A stretch of 48,421 nt of DNA from a virus (lineage: Duplodnaviria; Caudoviricetes). The notes under the pieces are model-generated. The model was not told the origin of the DNA and made no database searches. It saw nothing but the letters and a program-made list of their open reading frames with translations. Position numbers and translations under genes: made by a program. The DNA is taken from positions 1-48,421 of the IMG/VR virus record IMGVR_UViG_3300030104_004938, one strand, 5' to 3'. Of the stretch, positions 19,529 to 28,876 are shown in pieces. The stretch's first letter is position 1; each line of letters opens with the position of its first letter.

Positions 19529-21345
19529 TGGCTATAACAGATACTTTAAATTTAAACGCGCAACAGGTGGCAGAACAAAATCCAGAGCTTCATGAAATGA
19601 GACAGAAGTTTTTTGGACAAGACTATCTTTCTGATATTGAAAAAGGTGACACAGGAACTGTTCAATACTATACAGGTCTTGGAAATCCTAATGCTATAAG
19701 TTATACCGAAGCACCGATAGAAGAACCTATTGTAGATACAAGCACACCCGTTGTAGATACAGGTGGCGGAGGTGGACAAAACGTTGTTACCGGTGGTGAT
19801 GGCATTATAAGCACTGCACCTGCAATGGATCAAGCTGCAGCCATAGAAGCAATGACACAACCCGAAGCTTATGACATTCCAGGAACAATGCCTTTAACAC
19901 CCGTTAGTGGAGCGTTTGGACCTTTTGATTATCTTCAACCTACTACTCCAATTACACAAGACCCTATGACAGGAGATGCTAGCATCGCAGAAGCAATCGC
20001 AGCTCAAGATAGACAAGATGCTTTTGATCAACAATTTGCTTTTGAAGATCCAAAAGCTTTAGCAGCAAGAGGTATTGAACCTGACTCAATATTACCAGAA
20101 GCAAGACCTGATGATCTTTTACCAGAAGGGTTTGATCCTTACTTTTCTCTCGAAGCTCCTGATATAACACCTTTTGAAAGAACACCACAGTTAGAAGAAA
20201 CTCCTATTATGTATTCTGAGTTTGATGATTTAGAAGCAGATCCAGGAACTCAACCTATAGAAGGTATAACTCCTGAAGCACAGAGTGCATGGGAAAAAGT
20301 TAAAAGTGGAGTATCCACAGCAGGAGATTTTATAAAAAATTATGGAATGTCAGCTTACAATTTATTAGCAGGAAGTCCCATTGGAGCAGCGGCTAGTTTA
20401 CTCACTCAACCTTTTACGTCTTCAGAATCACAAATAGAATATGAATCTTATTCACCAGAAACAAAACAAGCTGTAGATCAAGCTTATGGACCAGGGGGAC
20501 TTATGGAAGGATACAATACTGTGTCTATGATGGGTGAAGGAGTAGAAGCAACGATTCAAAAGAGAATAGATACTATTAATGAAACACTAAAAACTAAGGA
20601 CAGTAAAATTTTAGAAGATAGAAAAACAGAATTAACAAATTTATTGAATACGGTTCAAAAAGATAAAGGTAAGCAAATAACAGATCAAGATCTTGCCATT
20701 GCTACAGGTATCGAAGCAGCTGATGAAGAACCATCAGCTATAGTAACAGAAACACCAACACCAACTGTACCAGACTTTATTAGTGGTGCAACTACTTCAG
20801 TACCAAGAGGTGGAGGCGCAGATGTTATGGATGCACCTACAAAAACAACAACCACAACAACACCAAGCGACGGAGGTTTCGGTGATGAAACAGGACGAAG
20901 AGGCAGTGGTGATCCGGCACCATCAGCTCCTAGTGGAAGTACAGCACATGGAGGACCATCTTACGGACCTCATGGAGGAGCAAGCTACGGACCTCACCAA
21001 GGTGGCGGTGGAGGCGGAGGCGGCGGCGGTGGCGGTGGTAAAATCGTTTGCACGATGATGAACGATTCTTATGGCTTTGGATCATTTAGAAATAAAATTT
21101 GGTTAAGACAATCTAAAAACTTAGCACCAGAATATCAAATAGGATATCATAAAATATTCTTACCACTCGTTAAACTATCTAAGAAAAACATTGTTCTTAA
21201 GAAAATATTAGAACACATTGCGATTCATAGAACTATTGACATTAGACAAGAATCTAGAGGAAAAACACATATGCTAGGTAGAATTTATAGAAAAATATTA
21301 GAACCAATTTGTTATTGGGTAGGAAAATATGGCAAAAGAACCTAA
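19528..21345 (+). CDS. Low-complexity acidic protein with poly-Gly linker and basic C-terminal domain
   Basis: 605 aa; T/P/D/E-rich, SYGPH repeats, G-run, then KIVCTMMNDSYGFGSFRNKIW. Confidence 0.6.
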   Translation: MAITDTLNLNAQQVAEQNPELHEMRQKFFGQDYLSDIEKGDTGTVQYYTGLGNPNAISYTEAPIEEPIVDTSTPVVDTGGGGGQNVVTGGDGIISTAPAMDQAAAIEAMTQPEAYDIPGTMPLTPVSGAFGPFDYLQPTTPITQDPMTGDASIAEAIAAQDRQDAFDQQFAFEDPKALAARGIEPDSILPEARPDDLLPEGFDPYFSLEAPDITPFERTPQLEETPIMYSEFDDLEADPGTQPIEGITPEAQSAWEKVKSGVSTAGDFIKNYGMSAYNLLAGSPIGAAASLLTQPFTSSESQIEYESYSPETKQAVDQAYGPGGLMEGYNTVSMMGEGVEATIQKRIDTINETLKTKDSKILEDRKTELTNLLNTVQKDKGKQITDQDLAIATGIEAADEEPSAIVTETPTPTVPDFISGATTSVPRGGGADVMDAPTKTTTTTTPSDGGFGDETGRRGSGDPAPSAPSGSTAHGGPSYGPHGGASYGPHQGGGGGGGGGGGGGKIVCTMMNDSYGFGSFRNKIWLRQSKNLAPEYQIGYHKIFLPLVKLSKKNIVLKKILEHIAIHRTIDIRQESRGKTHMLGRIYRKILEPICYWVGKYGKRT

Positions 21346-21541
21346 AACAGCTAGCGAACATATCATCGCCTTATACGGACATATCAAAGGTCTAAAGCGA
21401 GAAATATTTTCTATTAAACAAAATCACTTAAAACATATGCATGAAGATATTGACAAGCTACATATTAAGATGGATCGATTTTTATACTGGCTTTTAGGTG
21501 GACTTGGGGCTATTGTTTTAACTTTACTAGGAACTTTATAA
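21329..21541 (+). CDS. Small coiled-coil protein with C-terminal TM helix (XhlA/holin-like)
   Basis: NHLKHM..DI..L motif followed by FLYWLLGGLGAIVLTLL. Confidence 0.55.
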   Translation: MAKEPKTASEHIIALYGHIKGLKREIFSIKQNHLKHMHEDIDKLHIKMDRFLYWLLGGLGAIVLTLLGTL

Positions 21542-21660
21542 TGGACAAAATTAAAAAATTATTTCAAGACAAACATGGAAGACTTGATTCTTCAAAATTC
21601 ATTTTACATGGATACAGAGTTGCAGTAATCATTTCTATACTTGTATTATTCTTAAAATAG
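21541..21660 (+). CDS. Small membrane peptide (39 aa)
   Basis: MDKIKKLFQDKHG...VAVIISILVLFLK; TAATG-coupled. Confidence 0.5.
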   Translation: MDKIKKLFQDKHGRLDSSKFILHGYRVAVIISILVLFLK

Positions 21661-21671
21661 TGTATATATAA

Positions 21672-21727
21672 GTCAAGAGTGCTTTAGGAGGCTCTTACAT
21701 TATTAACTGTCTAACAAAGGAGGTTAT
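21672..21727 (+). promoter_or_regulatory. Structured 5' UTR of hsp20, RNA-thermometer-like
   Basis: TAACTGTCT (21704-21712) can pair with AGGAGGTTA (21718-21726), covering the SD; upstream AAGAG/CTCTT hairpin. Confidence 0.45.
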
Positions 21728-22132
21728 ATGACTCTAATAAACTTAAACAATTTCCTAAACCATGCAATCGGATTTGAAGATGTCTTCAGACGCTTCGATC
21801 GTTTGCCTACAATCAATGCAGGCTTTCCGCATTATAATATAAAGAAAGCAGGCGAAGATAAATACACATTAGAAATGGCTGTGGCAGGTTATAAAAAATC
21901 TGACATTAGTGTTAACGTGACTGATGGTGTGTTGTCTATTGAAGGAACATCTTCAGAAGATAAAGAAGAGTTTGTTCATAAAGGTATTGCTAAAAGAGCA
22001 TTTAAAAAGCAGCTACAACTAGCTGATTATGTTGAATGCAGTGGTGCCAAGTTGGAAGATGGAATGTTGAAAATTAATTTAAAACACAATCTACCTGAAA
22101 ACAAAAAAGCAAAACAAATTGCTATAAAATAG
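21728..22132 (+). CDS. hsp20: Small heat shock protein (Hsp20/IbpA-like)
   Basis: FPHYNIKK, LEMAVAGY, HKGIAKRAF, AKLEDGMLKI; AGGAGG RBS. Confidence 0.92.
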   Translation: MTLINLNNFLNHAIGFEDVFRRFDRLPTINAGFPHYNIKKAGEDKYTLEMAVAGYKKSDISVNVTDGVLSIEGTSSEDKEEFVHKGIAKRAFKKQLQLADYVECSGAKLEDGMLKINLKHNLPENKKAKQIAIK

Positions 22133-22183
22133 TGGATCTTAAAATTTCTAGCGCGTCACGCGTATATCCTACAATTTAGAGGA

Positions 22184-23614
22184 TTAGATCCAATCTTTTA
22201 ACTCTTCACCCATTACTTGAGTGGCGATGTTAACTTTTTTGCGGAGGGCTTTGACGATTTTTTCATCAATAGTATCCTCCGCAAGAATATCAATATAAGT
22301 CATTGGTTTTTTCTGACCTATTCTATCTATTCGTGCTTCAGATTGTTGACGTTTTTCTAAATCATAACCATTAGAATAATAAATCATAGTAGAGGCACCG
22401 GTAAGAGTAATTCCGTATCCGCCGGTCTGTGGTGTGCCTACTAAAAATCTTACTTTACTTTCTGGATTTTGTATTTCCCTTATTGCTTTTTGCCTATCTT
22501 CACTTGTTGTATCGCCATAGTAAGTCATTACAGAACCAGGATATTCTTTTTCTATTTCTCTTACAATTGTAGCAATATCATAACGATAATGAGCCCAAAT
22601 AACAGCTTTACCTTCAACTTCGTCAATAAGTTCCATCAGTTCATCAATACGGTTATTTTTAATTTCTTGAACCGAATCATCATCAGCTTTAAAATGACCA
22701 CAAGTAATTTGATGTAAGCGCATTAACTGTGTCAAGGCGGTAGCAGTCGTTACCATTTTACCATTCATCTCAGCTAAAGCCAATCGTTTCATTTGCTCAT
22801 AGAGTTTTTTCTGTTCAAGAGATAACTGAACTACTCTTTTCATATAAGTTTTTGAAGGTAAATCTAAACACTCATCTTTTAATACTCGATAAGAAAAAGG
22901 TTTTATTTTCTCTGATAATTCTTCAAGATTATGATAACCAGTAACAATTTGAACCGATCGTCCATTAAAGTTAGCTGTTTTCATAATCGCATATCTAGTT
23001 CTAAAACTATAATAGGATTGATGGCCTAATAACCAAATATCAAGAAACTCACATTGTTTATATAAATCTAAAGGAGATTTAGTAACAGGAGATCCCGTTA
23101 AAATTCGTCTATATTTTGCTTGTTTGCCTAAAGCAACAAGAGCCTTTGTTCTTTTAGCACCTGGATTTTTAATGGTAGTAGATTCATCAATAGCCATTAA
23201 AGCATTGTGTGAATTTAAAAATCGACTAGCAAATTCAACACCTTTTTTTGTAGAAAAAGCCTCTACGTTCATAATAAGAATGTGTAGATCTATTTCAGGT
23301 TTAAATAAACTATCTAATTTTGCTTTTTGTTTTTGATTAATATTTGCTTGCCACAAAATTGCCTTTTTTTGAATATGGTCTACTAAATGTTCTGGTATTT
23401 CAGATTCCAACCAATTTTTATATACTCCTTTAGGAGCTACAATTAAAGCACCATTAATTTTACCTTTATCATAAAGTATTGATATATTATCTAACAATAC
23501 TTTAGATTTACCCGTACCCATTTCCATGAAGTAGGCAAATACCTCTTTATTACACGACATTTCCAATGCTTTTAATTGATGAGCATAGGGTTTTGTTTTA
23601 AATTTATAATTCAT
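22184..23614 (-). CDS. SNF2-like superfamily 2 helicase
   Basis: PYAHQ, MEMGTGKS (Walker A), IDES (Walker B), LTGSP, QSEARIDRIGQ. Confidence 0.88.
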   Translation of the reverse strand: MNYKFKTKPYAHQLKALEMSCNKEVFAYFMEMGTGKSKVLLDNISILYDKGKINGALIVAPKGVYKNWLESEIPEHLVDHIQKKAILWQANINQKQKAKLDSLFKPEIDLHILIMNVEAFSTKKGVEFASRFLNSHNALMAIDESTTIKNPGAKRTKALVALGKQAKYRRILTGSPVTKSPLDLYKQCEFLDIWLLGHQSYYSFRTRYAIMKTANFNGRSVQIVTGYHNLEELSEKIKPFSYRVLKDECLDLPSKTYMKRVVQLSLEQKKLYEQMKRLALAEMNGKMVTTATALTQLMRLHQITCGHFKADDDSVQEIKNNRIDELMELIDEVEGKAVIWAHYRYDIATIVREIEKEYPGSVMTYYGDTTSEDRQKAIREIQNPESKVRFLVGTPQTGGYGITLTGASTMIYYSNGYDLEKRQQSEARIDRIGQKKPMTYIDILAEDTIDEKIVKALRKKVNIATQVMGEELKDWI

Positions 23615-23624
23615 AATTTATATT

Positions 23625-23678
23625 TCTTCTTTCTATTGACTTTTATATAATAAAGTCCTATGTATTGTCAAGAAAGTT
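23625..23678. promoter_or_regulatory. Overlapping divergent promoters of the replication module
   Basis: TTGACT on + and TTGACA on -, internal GACTTT/AAAGTC inverted repeat, AGAAAG RBS on both sides. Confidence 0.6.
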
Positions 23679-24062
23679 ATGAGTGAATATACAGATCTAA
23701 AAAAGAATAAAGAACCTATCGTTTATGTGCTGCAAGAATTACCCGGCACTAGAATGGGTCGTCCTAAATTTAATATTATGGGTGCTCAAAAATACGGTAA
23801 GTTAAAAGTGTTGTTAAGAGAAGACACACAAATTATTCTAAGTCCAGGTCCTATTATTTTTGAATTAAGACGTTTGTTAAAGGAATACAACTCTAACGAT
23901 TATTTATTATTATCGGGAGATCCATCAGTTATTGGCTTGGCATGTGCCATTGTATCTGATATAAACAGTGGTAGATTTAATTTATTAAAATGGGACAGAC
24001 AAGAAAAAGTATATTACCCTTTAGAAATAAATCTCTACGAGAAAGGAAAGATAGATGAATAA
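23679..24062 (+). CDS. Hypothetical protein (replication module)
   Basis: 127 aa, DYLLLSGDP and LKWDRQ motifs. Confidence 0.7.
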   Translation: MSEYTDLKKNKEPIVYVLQELPGTRMGRPKFNIMGAQKYGKLKVLLREDTQIILSPGPIIFELRRLLKEYNSNDYLLLSGDPSVIGLACAIVSDINSGRFNLLKWDRQEKVYYPLEINLYEKGKIDE

Positions 24063-24606
24063 TATAAACTTTGAAAAAGATAGAGTAGATTCAGTTACAC
24101 AAATTGATTCTACAAAAACATTGTCCGATGAAGTTATTAAACTTAGAAATTTAGAAGATCAAATAGCAGCTTCAGAAGATCATACAAAAACATTAAAAGA
24201 AAAAGCAAGAGAATTATCTCAAGCAGTCATTCCACAAATGATGAAAGAGATGAACGTTACGAAATTAAAATTAAAAGATGGTGCTTCAATAGAAGTTACC
24301 AATTTTTATAGTGCCCGAATAACTCCTGACAAACAGGAAGCGGCATTTAACTGGCTTCGAGAAAACGGCTTAGGGGACATCATTAAAAATGATGTAACTG
24401 TTACCTTTGGTCGTGGCGAAGATAACAAGGCAATGGCTTATGCTACCCTTGCAAAAGGTCAAGGTTATGAACCCATCCAGAAAATAGGGGTGCATAATCA
24501 GACACTAAAAGCAGTGGTTCGCGAGCGTACCGAATCTGGAAAAGATATGCCCGCGGATCTTTTTAACACGTTTGTAGGTAACCAAACGAAAATAACTAAA
24601 CGATAG
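24055..24606 (+). CDS. Hypothetical protein (replication module)
   Basis: 183 aa, AFNWLRENGLGDIIKN, VHNQTLKA; AGAAAGG RBS. Confidence 0.7.
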   Translation: MNNINFEKDRVDSVTQIDSTKTLSDEVIKLRNLEDQIAASEDHTKTLKEKARELSQAVIPQMMKEMNVTKLKLKDGASIEVTNFYSARITPDKQEAAFNWLRENGLGDIIKNDVTVTFGRGEDNKAMAYATLAKGQGYEPIQKIGVHNQTLKAVVRERTESGKDMPADLFNTFVGNQTKITKR

Positions 24607-24619
24607 GAGAAACTAGATA

Positions 24620-25372
24620 ATGGAAACTAGAAACGAGAAGCAAGTAGCTACAAAACAAGAAGCAGGTCTGCCATCAGACGCTCTGTTTGAAGCGGACGCT
24701 AAGAAGGGTTTTGAAAACGTAGATCAAGAAAGTGTTGCTCTACCCATTTTGAAACTTTTACAAAACGGATCAGCAGAGGCGCAAAGAAAACATGCGAATT
24801 ATGTCGAAGGCGCTGACCCTGGTATGTTTTTTAATACAGTGACAAGAAAACTGTATGATGGTGAAAAAGGAATTCACGTCATACCTTGTCATTATAAATT
24901 AGAATATCAAGAATGGGCCGACTTTGGTACAGGTTCAGGAAGACCAGAAAATATATTTGCTGGTAATAGTGATATTCTTTCTAAAACAACGAAAGATGCA
25001 ATGGGTAAGGATAGATTACCAAACGGTAATTATATTCAAAAAACTGCTCAACATTTTGTCATCATATCAGATGGTAAAACAAGTGAGACAGCTTTGATAT
25101 CTATGTATTCATCACAAGCAAAGATTTCCAGAAAATGGAATTCAATGATGATGAGCATCACTAAAGATGGAAAAAACGGTCCATATACACCGCCACCTTT
25201 TAGCCACATCTATAAGTTATCTTCAGTAAAAAATACTGGAAAGGGTAACGAATGGTATGGTTACAACATACAAAAGGTTGGAGAAATAACTGATAGTAGT
25301 ATCTATAATAGGGCAAAAACATTTTATGAAAGTTGCCGTAGAACTGATCAGGTTAACGGAAAAATATCATAA
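24620..25372 (+). CDS. Putative single-stranded DNA-binding protein
   Basis: 250 aa, LPILKLLQ and SRKWNSMM motifs; position before primase. Function inferred. Confidence 0.5.
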   Translation: METRNEKQVATKQEAGLPSDALFEADAKKGFENVDQESVALPILKLLQNGSAEAQRKHANYVEGADPGMFFNTVTRKLYDGEKGIHVIPCHYKLEYQEWADFGTGSGRPENIFAGNSDILSKTTKDAMGKDRLPNGNYIQKTAQHFVIISDGKTSETALISMYSSQAKISRKWNSMMMSITKDGKNGPYTPPPFSHIYKLSSVKNTGKGNEWYGYNIQKVGEITDSSIYNRAKTFYESCRRTDQVNGKIS

Positions 25373-25425
25373 GATTCCATTCCGGTTGGAATTGTGGGCG
25401 AGAGCGGGAGACTTAACTCGCCCAT
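25373..25425 (+). other. Two adjacent hairpins between putative SSB and primase genes
   Basis: GATTCCA/TGGAATT (25373-25393) and GTGGGCGAG/CTCGCCCAT (25394-25425) with a GAGA-capped inner loop. Confidence 0.6.
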
Positions 25426-25434
25426 ACTTAAGTT

Positions 25435-26949
25435 ATGATAAAGCAATTTAAAAATATATTTGAAGGATTAAATAGTGCCTATGGTCAATATATACCTAGC
25501 AGTGTTTATTCTACAAACGGTAAGCAAAAGGGTAAACCTTTTACCGTTAAAAAACCTGTAATTGATGAGCTTTGGCAAAAACATTTAGATGGAAAAGAAC
25601 CTGCACTAGGTATTATTCCCATTAACGAAAAGAATTTATGTCGATGGGGTTGTATCGATATTGATCAATACGATTTTAATCATAAAAAATTTATTAAAAA
25701 AGTAAAACAAAAAAATCTTCCTCTTGTAGTATGTCGATCTAAGTCAGGAGGAGCACACGTTTTTTTATTTGTAACAGAACCTATCTCTGCAGCAGCGATG
25801 CGATCAAAATTAAAAATTATGGCATCAGCATTGGGCTATTCTGAGTGTGAAATATTTCCTAAACAAGAATACATTTTAATTGAAAGAGGAGATACAGGTA
25901 GTTTTTTAAATCTTCCTTATCATGGAGGAGATAAAACAACACGTTATGCTTTTAAAGATAATGGCGATTCAGCAAATCTACAAGAATTTTTTGAGTTATA
26001 TAATCGCTATAAATTAGATACAAATAAATTTGAAAAGTTACAAATAGAAAGTCAGAATGAACAAAACATCAAAGATGGTCCACCTTGTTTACAGATTTTA
26101 TGCAAAGAAGGATTTCCTGAAGGTACACGAAACAACGGACTTTATAATATTGGAGTTTATTTAAAGAAAGCAAACCCTGATACTTGGCAAACAGATTTAG
26201 GAACTTATAACACAAGATTTATGAAACCACCTTTAAGTCCTCAACAGGTGATGACAACCATTAAATCTCTTAACAATAAAGACTATCAATACAAATGCAA
26301 GGATCAACCTATTTGTAATTATTGTGATTCTCTAACTTGTCAAACAAGAAAATTTGGTATTGGAAATGGAACTTTGATGCCAGACATATCTAATTTAAGA
26401 ATTTTTACATCAGATCCACCAATATGGTTTGTAAGTGTAGGGGGTAAAACAGTTGAAGTAGATACAAAAACTTTAAGAAATTTTGATTTGTTTGATGAAG
26501 CATGTATGGAACAAATTAAAATAAAACTACCTAATGTTTCTAAACCGATATGGGGAAAAGTGATTAGTAACTTAATGAAAGCAGTAGAAGAAATCAAAGC
26601 ACCAGAAAGTTTAACTTTTAAAAAGCAATTAGAAGAACATCTAGAAAATTTTACAATGGATCGAGCAGCAGGAAAACAAAAAACAGATATTAATCGTGGA
26701 GTTTCTTGGACAGACGAAGGTAAATCTTATTTTAAATTTAAAGATTTTTGGAACTACATGCAAAGAACACGATCTTGGAATATGGAAAGAAATAAAACGT
26801 CTCATAAAATACAAGAACTTTTTAAAGCTAAAGAAACTGTTTTAAAAATATCAGGAAAATCTGTAAAAGTAATGTGTATTAGTGCTTTTGCATCTAATAA
26901 AGATAACGACGAACCACCACCAATAGAAAGACCACCTTTTGTTAAATGA
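25435..26949 (+). CDS. Archaeo-eukaryotic primase-family primase with PriCT-like domain
   Basis: CIDID, RSKSGGAHVFLF, NLPY, GPPCL, EGTRNNGLYN, C-terminal Cys cluster. Confidence 0.8.
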   Translation: MIKQFKNIFEGLNSAYGQYIPSSVYSTNGKQKGKPFTVKKPVIDELWQKHLDGKEPALGIIPINEKNLCRWGCIDIDQYDFNHKKFIKKVKQKNLPLVVCRSKSGGAHVFLFVTEPISAAAMRSKLKIMASALGYSECEIFPKQEYILIERGDTGSFLNLPYHGGDKTTRYAFKDNGDSANLQEFFELYNRYKLDTNKFEKLQIESQNEQNIKDGPPCLQILCKEGFPEGTRNNGLYNIGVYLKKANPDTWQTDLGTYNTRFMKPPLSPQQVMTTIKSLNNKDYQYKCKDQPICNYCDSLTCQTRKFGIGNGTLMPDISNLRIFTSDPPIWFVSVGGKTVEVDTKTLRNFDLFDEACMEQIKIKLPNVSKPIWGKVISNLMKAVEEIKAPESLTFKKQLEEHLENFTMDRAAGKQKTDINRGVSWTDEGKSYFKFKDFWNYMQRTRSWNMERNKTSHKIQELFKAKETVLKISGKSVKVMCISAFASNKDNDEPPPIERPPFVK

Positions 26950-28511
26950 TAAATAGAACTATTATACCTGGTCCACCAGGCACAGGAAAAACATATAGAC
27001 TTGTAAACACTTACTTAAAAGAAGAAGTTGAAAAAAATAAAACTTCTTTAAAAAAAATAGGTTTTTTTACCTTTAGTAAAAATGCAACTAAAATTTCAGT
27101 TAATCGAGTAACTAAACTATTTAATAAAATAGATTACGATGAAGATTTAAAATACTTCTGTACCTTACATGCCTTAGGTAAAAGAGAGTGTGGTATTGAT
27201 ACAGGTAATCAACTTTTAAAAGGAAAGAAATGGGATGCTTTTAAAGCTTATGTTGGAGGTATCGCTGATAAATTAAACTTTGAAACTTATGCGACTGAAG
27301 ATGGCACAATGGTCTATGGTAATGACTATATCAAACTAATTAATTTATCTAAATATAGAAAAATATCTTTGGAAAATCAATATAGTCTACAAGAACATTT
27401 ACAGGACGTTAGTTACAGCAATCTTCAATACATTGATCGATGTTTAACAAAATTTAAAAAAGAAACAGGGATGTTTGAGTTTGTTGACATGATATCTCAA
27501 TTTATTAAAAAACAAAAATCCCCTATCTTTGATGCTGTGTTTTTAGATGAAGCACAGGATTTAAATAATCTTCAATGGGAAATGTTTCATTACATAGAAT
27601 CTAATGCTAAACGATCTTATATTGCTGGAGATGATGACCAAGCCATTATGGGTTTTCAAGGTGCTAATCCAACTCATTTTATAAGACTTCATAAAGATAA
27701 AAATACAAATATCGATTCTTCTCTAGTTAAATCAAGAAGAGTGCCTAGAGCCGTTTGGAATTTAGCAAAACAAGTTCTTGGTAAAATTCCATCTAAAGAA
27801 AGAGTTACAAAACAGTGGAAGCCTAAAAATTTTGAGGGAACAGTAAACTATGTATCTCATTTTGAACACATTGATTATAGTAAAGGAGAATGGATGCTTA
27901 TGACTAGAACGAACAAGATGTTAGAACAGCTTAAAGATTATTTTGAAGATAAAGGATATTATTACGGAAGCAAAAAAGGAAACAATTTAATTAATAAAGA
28001 TTTATTACAGGCCATTGATGTATGGAAAAAACTTAGTAGAAATGAATTAGTTCCTGTAAAACTAGCTCAAAAAATATACAATTATATGACAGTTAAGAGT
28101 GGTCACGTAAAAAGAAATTTTAGTAATGGAACTTCTTTAAAAGGTATTATGGAAGATTTAATCAATATAGAAGAGTTAAGAAACGAACACGGTCTTCTAG
28201 CAGCGGGAAGCTGGCAAAAAGTTTTTGATAAAGTAGATGATAAAAAGAAAACTTTCATAGAAGCTATGGAAAAAAATGGAGAAAATATTTCTCCAACAAC
28301 AGAGCCAAGAATTAAATTGTCTACAATTCATGGTGCAAAAGGAGACGAAAGACAAAACACAGTTTTAATGTTGGACATTGATTACAATAGCTATAATGCT
28401 TATTTGAAAGATCCTAATCCAGAACATCGATTATTTTATGTAGGTGTTACAAGAACTGTGGAAAATTTATACTTAGTTAACCCAGCAGGAGAATACGGAT
28501 ATCAAATATGA
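26946..28511 (+). CDS. UvrD/Rep-like superfamily 1 helicase
   Basis: GPPGTGKT, DEAQD, GDDDQAI, STIHGAKG, FYVGVTR. Confidence 0.9.
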   Translation: MINRTIIPGPPGTGKTYRLVNTYLKEEVEKNKTSLKKIGFFTFSKNATKISVNRVTKLFNKIDYDEDLKYFCTLHALGKRECGIDTGNQLLKGKKWDAFKAYVGGIADKLNFETYATEDGTMVYGNDYIKLINLSKYRKISLENQYSLQEHLQDVSYSNLQYIDRCLTKFKKETGMFEFVDMISQFIKKQKSPIFDAVFLDEAQDLNNLQWEMFHYIESNAKRSYIAGDDDQAIMGFQGANPTHFIRLHKDKNTNIDSSLVKSRRVPRAVWNLAKQVLGKIPSKERVTKQWKPKNFEGTVNYVSHFEHIDYSKGEWMLMTRTNKMLEQLKDYFEDKGYYYGSKKGNNLINKDLLQAIDVWKKLSRNELVPVKLAQKIYNYMTVKSGHVKRNFSNGTSLKGIMEDLINIEELRNEHGLLAAGSWQKVFDKVDDKKKTFIEAMEKNGENISPTTEPRIKLSTIHGAKGDERQNTVLMLDIDYNSYNAYLKDPNPEHRLFYVGVTRTVENLYLVNPAGEYGYQI

Positions 28512-28876
28512 GTGCATATAAAAAACAAATCGGAGGATCACATTATAAAAATATGAAAATTCAACCTAGCAAATTTATCAATGATAATAAATTGCTTTTT
28601 GCAGAAGGAAATGCTATTAAATACATCTGCAGACATAAACAAAAAGGAGAAAGACAAGATTTAGAGAAAGCAAAACATTATATAGATATGATCTTAGAAA
28701 GAGACTACCCTTTAATACCGATGACCGAAGAAGAGGAATACCGAAATGCTGGTATTACTAAGGAAGAAGCAGAAAGAACTTACCCTCCACAAAATTCATG
28801 GGGAATGATTAAACCATCAGAAACATCAAACAAGGATTGGATTAAAGGATATAAAGAATGGAAAAATAAATCATGA
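28508..28876 (+). CDS. DUF3310 (T7 gp1.7-like nucleotide kinase) protein
   Basis: QIGGSHYK, GNAIKYICR, DLEKAKHY; C-terminal extension. Confidence 0.75.
   Translation: MSAYKKQIGGSHYKNMKIQPSKFINDNKLLFAEGNAIKYICRHKQKGERQDLEKAKHYIDMILERDYPLIPMTEEEEYRNAGITKEEAERTYPPQNSWGMIKPSETSNKDWIKGYKEWKNKS

Noticed and set aside
21676-21685. CIRCE element before hsp20 (GAGTGCT)
   Set aside because: Only a partial half-site; the TTAGCACTC arm is missing.
22150-22164. GCGCGTCACGCGT hairpin as bidirectional terminator
   Set aside because: Short stem and no clear U-tract on either strand.
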